The notes beneath the pieces were generated by a model. It was given only the letters and a program-made list of their open reading frames with translations. It had not been told where the DNA came from and made no database searches. Positions 55,361 to 64,000 of a stretch of DNA of 64,000 nt are shown piece by piece. Numbering within the stretch: position 1 is the stretch's first letter; each line of letters starts with the position of its first letter. A program made the position numbers and the translations under genes. The stretch lies in NCBI RefSeq assembly GCF_963538455.1, contig NZ_CAUTHR010000011.1; one strand, given 5' to 3'. The DNA is from Rothia mucilaginosa. GTDB lineage: Bacteria; Actinomycetota; Actinomycetes; Actinomycetales; Micrococcaceae.

Positions 55361-57688
55361 CTAGAGGGACGCGCGGATCGCCTTGGTGGCATCCACCAGG
55401 TGACGCAGAGACTGCTTGGTCTCCTCGTAATCACGAGTCTTCAGACCACAGTCCGGGTTCACCCACAGGTCAGCAATGGTGCCGTAACCAATCGCAGCCT
55501 TCAGCAGGGACTCAATCTCCTCCTGAGAAGGAACACGCGGGGAGTGGATGTCCCACACGCCCGGGCCCAGACCGGAAACGAAGCTCTCCGGAATGTCAGC
55601 CAGCAGCTCCATGTGCGAACGAGCCGCCTCGATGCTGGTTACGTCGGCGTTCAGAGCGTTAATCGAGTCGATAATCTCGTTGAACTCCGAGTAGCACAGG
55701 TGGGTGTGAATCTGGGTGGAGTCCTTCACGCCGCTGGTTGCCAGGCGGAAGGAGTTCACCGACCAATCCAGGTACTGCGGCTGCTCATCGCGGCGCAGGG
55801 GCAGCAGCTCACGCAGAGCCGGCTCGTCCACCTGAATGATGCGGATGCCTGCCTCTTCCAGGTCGGCAATCTCGTCGGCCAGTGCCAGAGCCACCTGGTT
55901 AGCGGTCTCGCGGCGGGGCTGGTCGTCACGCACGAAGGACCATGCCAGAATCGTCACGGGGCCGGTGAGCATGCCCTTGACCGGCTTGTCGCTCAGCGAC
56001 TGTGCGTGGGAGCTCCACGGAACGGTGAACGCCTCACCGCGCAGGCCCTCACCGTGACGCTTCACGTCACCGAACAGGATCGAGGGGCGGGTGCAACGCG
56101 AACCGTAGGACTGAACCCAGCCGTGGCGGGTGGTTGCGAAGCCGTCGAAGTTCTCGGCGAAGTACTGAACCATGTCGTTACGCTCAGCCTCACCGTGAAC
56201 CAGCACGTCCAGGCCCAGATCCTCCTGCAGTGCGATGACCGAAGCAATCTCGTCACGCAGGAAGCCGTTCAGCTCCTCAGCGGAAATCTTGCCCGCACGA
56301 GCCTCCGCACGGTGGCGGCGAATCTCAGCGGTCTGCGGGAAGGAACCAATGGTGGTGGTCGGCAGCTTCGGCAGGTTCAGGTCAGCCTGAGCCGCACGGC
56401 GAACATCAATGGTCGGGCGGTCGAAGTCCTCGGGGGTCACAGCTGCGGCGCGGGCACGAATCTCCTCGTTGTGCTTACGCGGGTCAGCGGCGAAGCGAGC
56501 CAGCGCCTCATCAGCAGCCTTCAGCTCGGGCTCAATAGCGGCCTCACCCTCAGCCAGGCCGCGAGCCAGCAGAGCAATCTCGGCGACCTTCTGGTCAGCG
56601 AATGCCAGGCCGTCCACGGGAACCTCGGCGGGGTCTTCCAGAGCCAGGTCGTGCGGCACGTGCTGCAGGGAGGTCGAGGAGGAAACCGACACGGCACCCT
56701 CGGATGCGCCGGGCAGAGCCTCCAGAGTCTTCAGAGCCGCACGAACATCGGCACGCCACACGTTACGGCCGTTCACAACACCGGCAACCAGGTGCACGCC
56801 AGCGGCAGAAACGGACTCCAGCTCAGCCTTCGAGTACACGCCGTGCACCAGGTCAAGGTGCAGAGCCTCAACACCGGTACCCAGCAGCGCCGGCAGGTTC
56901 TCACGCAGGGAACCGTAGGGGCTGGTCACCAGAATCTGCGGGCGCTTCTCGCCAGCAGCCAGGGCACGGTAGGTGCGCTCAGCAAGTTCAGCCACCTTCG
57001 CGTTGTCGGCACGGTCCACGGCCAGGCCCGGCTCGTCCAGCTGAACCCACTCAACACCGCGCTCAGCCAGCTGCTCCAGCACCTGAGCGTATGCGGCAAC
57101 GAACTCATCCAGACGGTCGACGGGGGAGAAGTCCTCAGCGGAACCCTGCTCAGCCTTAGCGCCCAGCAGCAGGGTCAGCGGGCCAACAATCTGCGGGCGG
57201 ACCTTCACGCCAGCCTGCTTTGCGACCTCGAGCTGCTCGTCAATAGCCTCAAGGTTCAGCTTAATCTCGGTGCCGGCACCAATCTCGGGCACCAGGTAGT
57301 GGTAGTTGGTGTCGAACCACTTAGTCATCTCCAGCGGAGGCAGGGTCTCGGTACCGCGAGCCAGGGCGAAGTAGCCGGGCAGATCCAGCAGGCCGCGGCC
57401 GTCCTTAGCCTCAGCCAGACGCTCGGGAACCAGGGTGAACAGGCGAACCACATCGAGCACCTGGTCGTAGTAGGAGAAGGTTGCCGGAATCGAGTAGTTA
57501 TCAGCCTTCAGGCCCGCAGCGGTCACGCGCTCGAAGTAGGTGCGCTGCACGTCAGCGGCGGTGTCCTGCAGCTCCTGCAGGGTTGCCTTGCCCTTCCAGA
57601 AAGCCTCCTGAGCCTTCTTCAGTTCGCGGAAGCGGCCCACGCGGGGGTAACCAACAATGGTTGCGACGGGGAATGCGGTGTTCGACAT
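55361..57688 (-). CDS. metE: Cobalamin-independent methionine synthase
   Basis: GYPRVG..RELKKA, MTKWFDTNYHY, TTTIGSFPQT, HTHLC, WVNPDCGLKTR; start trimmed to MSNTAF. Confidence 0.97.
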   Translation of the reverse strand: MSNTAFPVATIVGYPRVGRFRELKKAQEAFWKGKATLQELQDTAADVQRTYFERVTAAGLKADNYSIPATFSYYDQVLDVVRLFTLVPERLAEAKDGRGLLDLPGYFALARGTETLPPLEMTKWFDTNYHYLVPEIGAGTEIKLNLEAIDEQLEVAKQAGVKVRPQIVGPLTLLLGAKAEQGSAEDFSPVDRLDEFVAAYAQVLEQLAERGVEWVQLDEPGLAVDRADNAKVAELAERTYRALAAGEKRPQILVTSPYGSLRENLPALLGTGVEALHLDLVHGVYSKAELESVSAAGVHLVAGVVNGRNVWRADVRAALKTLEALPGASEGAVSVSSSTSLQHVPHDLALEDPAEVPVDGLAFADQKVAEIALLARGLAEGEAAIEPELKAADEALARFAADPRKHNEEIRARAAAVTPEDFDRPTIDVRRAAQADLNLPKLPTTTIGSFPQTAEIRRHRAEARAGKISAEELNGFLRDEIASVIALQEDLGLDVLVHGEAERNDMVQYFAENFDGFATTRHGWVQSYGSRCTRPSILFGDVKRHGEGLRGEAFTVPWSSHAQSLSDKPVKGMLTGPVTILAWSFVRDDQPRRETANQVALALADEIADLEEAGIRIIQVDEPALRELLPLRRDEQPQYLDWSVNSFRLATSGVKDSTQIHTHLCYSEFNEIIDSINALNADVTSIEAARSHMELLADIPESFVSGLGPGVWDIHSPRVPSQEEIESLLKAAIGYGTIADLWVNPDCGLKTRDYEETKQSLRHLVDATKAIRASL

Positions 57689-57836
57689 AGTAATTTTTCC
57701 TTTACTGGGGATAGATGTGGGAGTCAGTTCCGGTGTTTCACCACCCAGCGGTGGGCGGTGAAACGGAGGTCGTAACTCCCGGAATATTTGTGGGGGAGAA
57801 AAGTGGAAACGCATCCGACAAGGAGCGTTATGGGGG

Positions 57837-58748
57837 TTAGGCGTATTCCAGTTCGCTCAGCGGCTGAGAGAAACGGTTGCTGTACCGCGGCAAATCCAGC
57901 TGATCCAGAACGTCCAGCACCGCCGCATGCTCGTTGAAGGTGAAGAAGTGTAGACCTGGTGCGCCCGCATCCATCACGGTGCGGCACTGGTTCAACGCAT
58001 ACTCAACACCGATGCGGTGCAACTCAGCGCTGCTGGTTGCTGTCTCCAGGGCGTACGCGAGGTCCGTCGGGACCGCCATGCCCGCCATCTGGCAGAGGTT
58101 CCGCAGGCGCTTCAGTGAGGTCACCGGCATGATGCCCGGAATAATCGGGATGTCCACACCTGCCAGGCGTGCCGAATCGACCAGGGCGCTGTAGCGTTCA
58201 TCCTCAAAGAACACCTGAGTGATCGCGAAGTCCGCGCCGGCACGTTGCTTGGACAGCAGAATCTCAATGTCCTGCAGCAGGGATGCGGACTCGGGGTGCT
58301 TCTGCGGGTATGCCGCCACACCAATAGACACCTTGCCAGCTGCCAGGTGGGCGAAATCTTCACGCTCAACGCGGCGAATGAGTTCCACCAGGTAGCGGGC
58401 GAAAGGAAGTTCAGAAACCTGACCCTCCTGAATGTCACCGCGAAGAGCCAGGAAGCCGCGCACGCCCAGGCCCAGAATCAGGCGGACTGCACGCTCCAGC
58501 TCGTGCACCGAATGGCCTGCACAAATCAGGTGAGCCAGCGGGGTGAGGGAGGTTTCGTGTACCAGGTGGTCGAGCAGCGCCAGGGTCTTCTGGCGGCGCT
58601 TCGCGTCACCGGAGTAGGTGACCGACACGTAGTCGGGGTTGGTGCCCTCAAGCTCCGCAATCGTGTGCATGAGCGACTCGCAGCTCGCGTGTGAGCGCGG
58701 AGGGAACAGCTCAAAAGAAAGAGCCGGGTGAACTGTCGTCATAACCAT
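57837..58748 (-). CDS. metF: 5,10-methylenetetrahydrofolate reductase
   Basis: SFELFPP, VSVTY, LALRGD, AAYP..H, AGADFAITQ, GLHFFT. Confidence 0.95.
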   Translation of the reverse strand: MVMTTVHPALSFELFPPRSHASCESLMHTIAELEGTNPDYVSVTYSGDAKRRQKTLALLDHLVHETSLTPLAHLICAGHSVHELERAVRLILGLGVRGFLALRGDIQEGQVSELPFARYLVELIRRVEREDFAHLAAGKVSIGVAAYPQKHPESASLLQDIEILLSKQRAGADFAITQVFFEDERYSALVDSARLAGVDIPIIPGIMPVTSLKRLRNLCQMAGMAVPTDLAYALETATSSAELHRIGVEYALNQCRTVMDAGAPGLHFFTFNEHAAVLDVLDQLDLPRYSNRFSQPLSELEYA

Positions 58749-58861
58749 CCTTCGTGTTCACCCGATAGATACGCACCGGCGGGGTGCGTGAATTCTTCTG
58801 CGGGATGTGCTGTACCGGTTTGCTGGTACGGCTCATCGTGGGGTGCCGAAGGGTATTCTTC

Positions 58862-58973
58862 TCTATCGGTCCTGGCGGGAGCACCTTGTCCGTACCCTGC
58901 ACCGTGACGGTGGGGATACTGGCGAGGTTGCTGCGACGTCGACGAGCCAGATCTCTCGGTCGCTCTTGATAGA
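58862..58973 (-). ncRNA. SAM-I (S-box) riboswitch
   Basis: TCTATCAAGAG..GAGAGATCTGGCTC..GCAACC..GGTGC..CCAG..GATAGA: P1 pairing and CTGG/CCAG pseudoknot, upstream of metF-metE. Confidence 0.88.
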
Positions 58974-59329
58974 TAACGCCTTCACTCTACCCACCGCATC
59001 CGAGGGTGTGCAAGGTGTGCGGCGGTTGATGTCCTAATATTTCTGGACATGACATTGGGGCGAAATATGAACTTAATATGACCGACTGTGACGAAGGGGG
59101 CTGGGGAGTGTTGCCGGTAGAGGTGTCGATTGACTCTTGGGTGTCCGGCACTATCACAGATATGTCTGCTTAATATTCTTGGACACGCGCGAATATGTGT
59201 GTTTTATCTTTCAGTGAGAGGTAGGGTAACTAATAACTAATGAGGCACCGGTAGTGTTTCGATGTCCGCTCATCGAGGAGTTTCAGGGCTCAAAGATGAG
59301 TTCAATACGACTTTGTGAGCGTGGTGAGA

Positions 59330-61132
59330 ATGAAAAATCTATTTTCCTCTATACTCTGGTCCTTCCGCCTAGCCTGGAAAACCTGTCCCGCGACCCTGGT
59401 GAGCACTGCCCTATCGCTAGCCATCATCGCCTGCATTCCCTTGAGCCAGTCCCTGCTGATCGGTAATACAGTATCAGCCTTGAGCGGTTCAAATGGTGGC
59501 GCAGCATGGATTTATATTATTGCTCTTGCCCTTGTTGTCGGAATTAATATCATTGCTCAACGCTGGGTAAGAAGTAACATGCTTATCCTCAAATCAAAGA
59601 TGAACTATCGGGTTCACTGCATGTTAAATACCAGGTTATCTACATTTTCGTTGTCTGATATAGGTAGCACAAAATCGCAGGAAGATATACGTGCTGCTAG
59701 AGAGGCAATATCGAAACAGGAATTGCAGGTTCACACCATGTCAGTTATGACACTGGTGAATTCCTTTGCGATGGTTTTCCTCCTCTGTTTTAATATTGCG
59801 AACGTCAGCATTGTGGCAGCAATTTTTGCGGCACTGTGTTCACTACCTCTATCTATTGCAATGGTAATCCTCGCTAAACGTGATTACGCTATATACACCC
59901 TAATGTACGAGGACTATCGGGTAGAGAACTACTATCTAGACAATCTGATGGCTCAAAGTCGCGCCCAAGAACTTCACCTCATGAGAGCCTCCCGATTTTT
60001 CTCGCAACGCGTAGCGTCCTGGCGACGCCGGGCAGCCGGTAGGGAATTGAGCCTTGAAAGTGTTAGAGGAATCATCTCCATAGTTGCAGGGCTACTCTGC
60101 TCTGTCTTACTTTTTGCGTCCCTGTACTTCCTTGTGGATTCAGGAGCCGATATATCGTATGTGGCCGGATCGCTGATTGGAATCATTGCCTGTGTTGCCG
60201 CGACCCAAGAGGTGGGATATTCATTTGGTCAGATTATTAATGGAGCATTATCTGTTCAGCAATTCCGAAGGGTGTGCGACTCTGATACTTACGACCATGC
60301 TTCTGAGATGAAAACTTCTAACCCTAACCATGAAAATATTTCAAAAATTATATGCAAAGATGTATCCGTTCAGTATGAGGGCGCGTCATCTTTTGCGCTT
60401 AAAGATATTAATCTTGAGCTGATGAATAATCAAATGATTGCAGTAGTTGGTGCCTCGGGCGCGGGAAAAACAACGCTAATAAATGCAATTCTTGGAATTA
60501 CACCAATTGCCCAGGGGAGCATAACGTATAAGGGTGCTTCTTCTGAGAGTAAATACAACATGTTGGCAAATGTTGGTTTGGTGAGTCAAGACTACGGCCG
60601 CTATGAACTGACTGTGCGTGAAAATCTTCTTCTGGGTTTGTCGCAGGAGGCGGTTGAGCGTCTTGGTGATGCTGATTTGTGGTCGGCTTTGTCGGTGGCT
60701 TGTGCTGATGATTTTGTGCGTGGTCTTGAGGGTGGTTTGGATGCTCAGTTGGGTGAGTCGTTTGGTGGTGTTGGTCTTTCGGGTGGTCAGTGGCAGCGTT
60801 TGGCGTTGGCGCGTGTGGTTCTTCGGGATGCGCCGGTGTGGGTGTTGGATGAGCCGACCAGTGCTGTGGATGCTGAGACTGAGGAGGAGATTTTTGCTCG
60901 GTTGAAGGTGGCTGCTGTTGGGCGTTTGGTGGTGTTGGTGTCTCATCGTGCGTGGACGTTGCGTGGTGTTGATTCTGTGGTGGTGTTGGATGGTGGGTGT
61001 GTGGTGGAGCAAGGAACCTACCGGGAGCTACTGAAGGCAGAGGGAAAGTTTATGGAAATTTTCAAAAATCAGATCTCTGAAGATTCTGCAGGGCGCAAAA
61101 CTTCTACTGAAAGGGGCTATAAAGATGCGTAA
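59330..61132 (+). CDS. ABC exporter half-transporter (TMD-NBD), subunit 1
   Basis: About 6 TM, GASGAGKTT, LSGGQWQR, LDEPT, SHR; AT-rich 5' part; start uncertain (59315 or 59330). Confidence 0.88.
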   Translation: MKNLFSSILWSFRLAWKTCPATLVSTALSLAIIACIPLSQSLLIGNTVSALSGSNGGAAWIYIIALALVVGINIIAQRWVRSNMLILKSKMNYRVHCMLNTRLSTFSLSDIGSTKSQEDIRAAREAISKQELQVHTMSVMTLVNSFAMVFLLCFNIANVSIVAAIFAALCSLPLSIAMVILAKRDYAIYTLMYEDYRVENYYLDNLMAQSRAQELHLMRASRFFSQRVASWRRRAAGRELSLESVRGIISIVAGLLCSVLLFASLYFLVDSGADISYVAGSLIGIIACVAATQEVGYSFGQIINGALSVQQFRRVCDSDTYDHASEMKTSNPNHENISKIICKDVSVQYEGASSFALKDINLELMNNQMIAVVGASGAGKTTLINAILGITPIAQGSITYKGASSESKYNMLANVGLVSQDYGRYELTVRENLLLGLSQEAVERLGDADLWSALSVACADDFVRGLEGGLDAQLGESFGGVGLSGGQWQRLALARVVLRDAPVWVLDEPTSAVDAETEEEIFARLKVAAVGRLVVLVSHRAWTLRGVDSVVVLDGGCVVEQGTYRELLKAEGKFMEIFKNQISEDSAGRKTSTERGYKDA

Positions 61133-62811
61133 GATTATGGCTAATACTGTTTGGTCCGTGGTTTATGCTTTCAGAAATCACCCCGTATGGACCGTCTCCT
61201 ATCTAGCGTCTGTTGTGTGCCTATCGCTATTCCCCGCTTTGCAGATGGAGGCTGTCACTAGGCTTGTTGAGCATTTGGGTCAGAGCCGGGATGAGGTGCT
61301 CCCACTAGCCCTGGGGGTTAGTTTTGTGCTGGCAGGATACATTGCCCTGGGGCAAGCATCAGATTCTCTGCGTATGATTCTAAATTCTCGAATGTCAAGT
61401 ACAGGTATTCAGAATGTATCTTCTCGTTTGGCGACTTGTTCTTCTCAGGAAATCGCGAGTGGTGATTATGCTCGCTCATCAAGGGCAGCTCATGATGCTG
61501 TGACAGGGGGGAGCCTAGGGTCTCAAGTTTCTACTATGGGTGCTCTGATATTCATCATTTTTTCGACGGGAGCCCTTAGTTATTCCGTAGGAAAGATCAA
61601 TGTATATGCTTCACTCTGCATGCTTGCAGGCATGATTCCTGTTGCCTTGATGTCACATCTCTATTCGAGTAAAAATGCTGAGGCAATGGAAAAAATATAT
61701 TCATATAGCTACAACGCATGGCATAGCACTAACCAGATTGCACAAATAACTACTGCTCGTGAGCTTGCAATTCTTAACGCTCGTTCATTCTTTGCGCATC
61801 GCGCTAATCAAGAACGGAAAAAATCTGGTGAGGAGGAAATTGGCCTAGCTCGTTACATCCTCAGAATACATACAATTGTTGGTTTTATAAGCGCTGCATT
61901 GCTAGCTTTAGCCCTTATTCTTCTAGCCACCTCGTCGCCGCCTCCCGGTGTTCTTGCTGGAGCTGTTATAGGTATTACCTCGGCTATAGTCTCGCTTGGC
62001 TCGATGGGAAGCGACCTTAGCTCGATGGCAGCGGGGTCAAACGCAATTGATATATATCGAAAGTTTATTTCTAGCGCACAACCCGGGCAGAAAAATCCGA
62101 TTGCCGATACCTACCCTGAAATCTCCAGCGTTTCCATTAGGAATCTTGCTATCCAGTATCCAAAAGCTGATTCTTTAGCTCTTAAAAACATCAATCTCAC
62201 TTTTGGTCCCGGGCAGATGATTGGTATTGTCGGGCCCAGCGGATCGGGAAAGACAACCCTAGTAAATGCACTCATGGGTATGCTTAAGCCCTCCAGTGGA
62301 GACATTCTCATTGGAGGTAAGTCGGTACAGGACATATCACCTGATGATTTGCTGGCGAATGTGGGTGTGGTGAGTCAAGACTACGGCCGCTATGAACTGA
62401 CTGTGCGTGAAAATCTTCTTCTGGGTTTGTCGCAGGAGGCGGTTGAGCGTCTTGGTGATGCTGATTTGTGGTCGGCTTTGTCGGTGGCTTGTGCTGATGA
62501 TTTTGTGCGTGGTCTTGAGGGTGGTTTGGATGCTCAGTTGGGTGAGTCGTTTGGTGGTGTTGGTCTTTCGGGTGGTCAGTGGCAGCGTTTGGCGTTGGCG
62601 CGTGTGGTTCTTCGGGATGCGCCGGTGTGGGTGTTGGATGAGCCGACCAGTGCTGTGGATGCTGAGACTGAGGAGGAGATTTTTGCTCGGTTGAAGGTGG
62701 CTGCTGTTGGGCGTTTGGTGGTGTTGGTGTCTCATCGTGCGTGGACGTTGCGTGGTGTTGATTCTGTGGTGGTGTTGGATGGTGGGTGTGTGGTGGAGCA
62801 AGGAACCTACC
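60579..62811 (+). repeat. 444-bp direct repeat (60579-61022 and 62368-62811)
   Basis: Appears identical by eye at offset 1789; alternative-frame ORFs 60618-60905 and 62407-62694 translate identically. Confidence 0.9.
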
Positions 62812-62879
62812 AAGACCTAACGACCGACCCTACATCACGTTTCAGGAAGCTCTTCGCCTCCCAACTGGAAGGGAAATAA
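61125..62879 (+). CDS. ABC exporter half-transporter (TMD-NBD), subunit 2
   Basis: Overlaps subunit 1 by 8 nt; GPSGSGKTT, LSGGQWQR. Confidence 0.88.
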   Translation: MRKIMANTVWSVVYAFRNHPVWTVSYLASVVCLSLFPALQMEAVTRLVEHLGQSRDEVLPLALGVSFVLAGYIALGQASDSLRMILNSRMSSTGIQNVSSRLATCSSQEIASGDYARSSRAAHDAVTGGSLGSQVSTMGALIFIIFSTGALSYSVGKINVYASLCMLAGMIPVALMSHLYSSKNAEAMEKIYSYSYNAWHSTNQIAQITTARELAILNARSFFAHRANQERKKSGEEEIGLARYILRIHTIVGFISAALLALALILLATSSPPPGVLAGAVIGITSAIVSLGSMGSDLSSMAAGSNAIDIYRKFISSAQPGQKNPIADTYPEISSVSIRNLAIQYPKADSLALKNINLTFGPGQMIGIVGPSGSGKTTLVNALMGMLKPSSGDILIGGKSVQDISPDDLLANVGVVSQDYGRYELTVRENLLLGLSQEAVERLGDADLWSALSVACADDFVRGLEGGLDAQLGESFGGVGLSGGQWQRLALARVVLRDAPVWVLDEPTSAVDAETEEEIFARLKVAAVGRLVVLVSHRAWTLRGVDSVVVLDGGCVVEQGTYQDLTTDPTSRFRKLFASQLEGK

Positions 62880-62915
62880 CCTCGCAACATACCCGCACAA
62901 CGTAGAGTTAAAAGC

Positions 62916-63917
62916 ATGGAACGTATTGAATCTCCCGTCTACCGCAGGCTCGGCAACTCCGGCCTCGTCGTACCCAGCGTCGGCATCGGCTGCAACAACC
63001 TCGGCCGCCCCGGCACCCCCACCCGCACCCAAGAAGGCACCAACGAAGTCATCGCCGCCGCAGTTGACGCCGGCATCAGCTTCTTCGACATTGCCGACCT
63101 CTACGGCGCCGAACCCGGCCTCTCCGAAACCATGTTCGGCACTGCCCTTACCCAGCTCGGCCTCGACCGCGACGAACTGACCATCGTCACCAAATTCGGT
63201 CTGCCCGTCGGTGACCTCAACGGCAACGACCGCAACGCCCGCGGATCCCGCCGCTACATCATGCGCGCCGTCGAAGGGTCCCTCCGCCGCCTCGGCACCG
63301 ACTACATCGACCTGTACTTCTACCACAGCCCCGACCCGAACACCCCCATCGAAGAGACCCTCAGCGCCCTCGACCAGCTCGTACGCGACGGCAAGGTCCG
63401 CTACCTGGGCCACTCGAACTTCTCCGGCTGGCAGCTCGCCCACGCCGAACACTGCGCCCGCGAACTCGGCACCGAACGGTTCATCGCCGCAGAAAATCAC
63501 TACAACCTGCTTGACCGCCGCGCAGAACTCGAAATCCTGCCCGCCGCACGACACTTCGGCATGGGTGTGCTGCCGTACTTCCCGCTCGCTAATGGCCTGC
63601 TGACCGGCAAGTATCGCCGCGATAACATTCCCGCCGGTTCGCGCCTGTCCCACTCCAAGAAGAACGTGCTCGACGCCGCCAACTGGGACCAGCTCGAAGC
63701 CTTCCACAGCTTCTGCACCGAGCGCGGCATCACCGAGGTGCAGGCGGCGTTCTCCTGGCTCGCGCAGCAGTCGCCGGTCACCTCCGTCATTGCCGGTGCG
63801 ACCAGCGCCGAACAGGTACGCGCCAACGCACAGGCCGCCTGCCTGCGCTTCGACGCTGAGGACCTCGCCGCCCTGGACGCCATCTTCCCGGCACCCGAGA
63901 AGATCGCGCTGTTCTAA
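62916..63917 (+). CDS. Aldo/keto reductase
   Basis: LGNSGL.V..VGIG, FFDIADLYG, TKFG, SLRRLGTDYIDLY, PYFPLANGLLTGKY. Confidence 0.95.
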   Translation: MERIESPVYRRLGNSGLVVPSVGIGCNNLGRPGTPTRTQEGTNEVIAAAVDAGISFFDIADLYGAEPGLSETMFGTALTQLGLDRDELTIVTKFGLPVGDLNGNDRNARGSRRYIMRAVEGSLRRLGTDYIDLYFYHSPDPNTPIEETLSALDQLVRDGKVRYLGHSNFSGWQLAHAEHCARELGTERFIAAENHYNLLDRRAELEILPAARHFGMGVLPYFPLANGLLTGKYRRDNIPAGSRLSHSKKNVLDAANWDQLEAFHSFCTERGITEVQAAFSWLAQQSPVTSVIAGATSAEQVRANAQAACLRFDAEDLAALDAIFPAPEKIALF

Positions 63918-64000
63918 ACGTCTAAACGCGGGCTCCCTCTCAAAGGGGCGCTCAGACGGTCGCACCAGGCGGCCGTAAAATATGCTGAAAAATGTCCGCA

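Noticed and set aside
5939..57775. Long antisense ORFs (e.g. 5939-7621, 15459-17930, 18226-20739, 28359-30503, 51277-53283, 55193-57775)
   Set aside because: Shadows of well-supported genes on the opposite strand, expected in high-GC DNA; no motifs of their own.
59078..59173. 31-codon ORF MTDCDEGGWGVLPVEVSIDSWVSGTITDMSA as bacteriocin/RiPP precursor for the ABC pair
   Set aside because: No convincing RBS, no leader motif, no modifying enzymes; likely overlaps promoter DNA.

Overview
High-GC actinobacterial chromosome segment; gene content suggests Micrococcaceae, probably Rothia (inference). Left (1-21.3 kb): two tandem ABC-F ATPase paralogues, each with its own promoter, MTHRA uORF and attenuator, and with unrelated interdomain linkers. 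These are followed by an NrtR-like regulator, ABM monooxygenase, TetR/MFS efflux pair, Zn alcohol dehydrogenase and an anchored-repeat metal ABC uptake cluster with Zur-like boxes. Centre (21.3-49.8 kb): a ~28 kb accessory island encoding an unusual type VII-like secretion/competition system. It has a WXG100 protein, a ~2090-aa Rhs toxin and a four-gene cluster (YhgE/EsaA-like lipoprotein, membrane-anchored ligand-binding protein, ubiquitin-like+FHA+FtsK EssC-type ATPase, active-looking transmembrane Ser/Thr kinase). It also has seven paralogues of one immunity-like membrane protein and two other duplicated membrane/secreted families. No EccB/EccD/MycP or EssB gene is recognisable in the window. 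Right (50-64 kb): a Tyr/Arg-rich Tat-signal micropeptide, a Tat lipoprotein, M13 peptidase, GlpT-type MFS, SAM-I riboswitch-metF-metE, two ABC exporter halves sharing an apparently identical 444-bp segment, and an aldo/keto reductase. No rRNA, tRNA, CRISPR array, transposase or integrase was seen. All family calls come from motif recognition by eye; no database searches were run.
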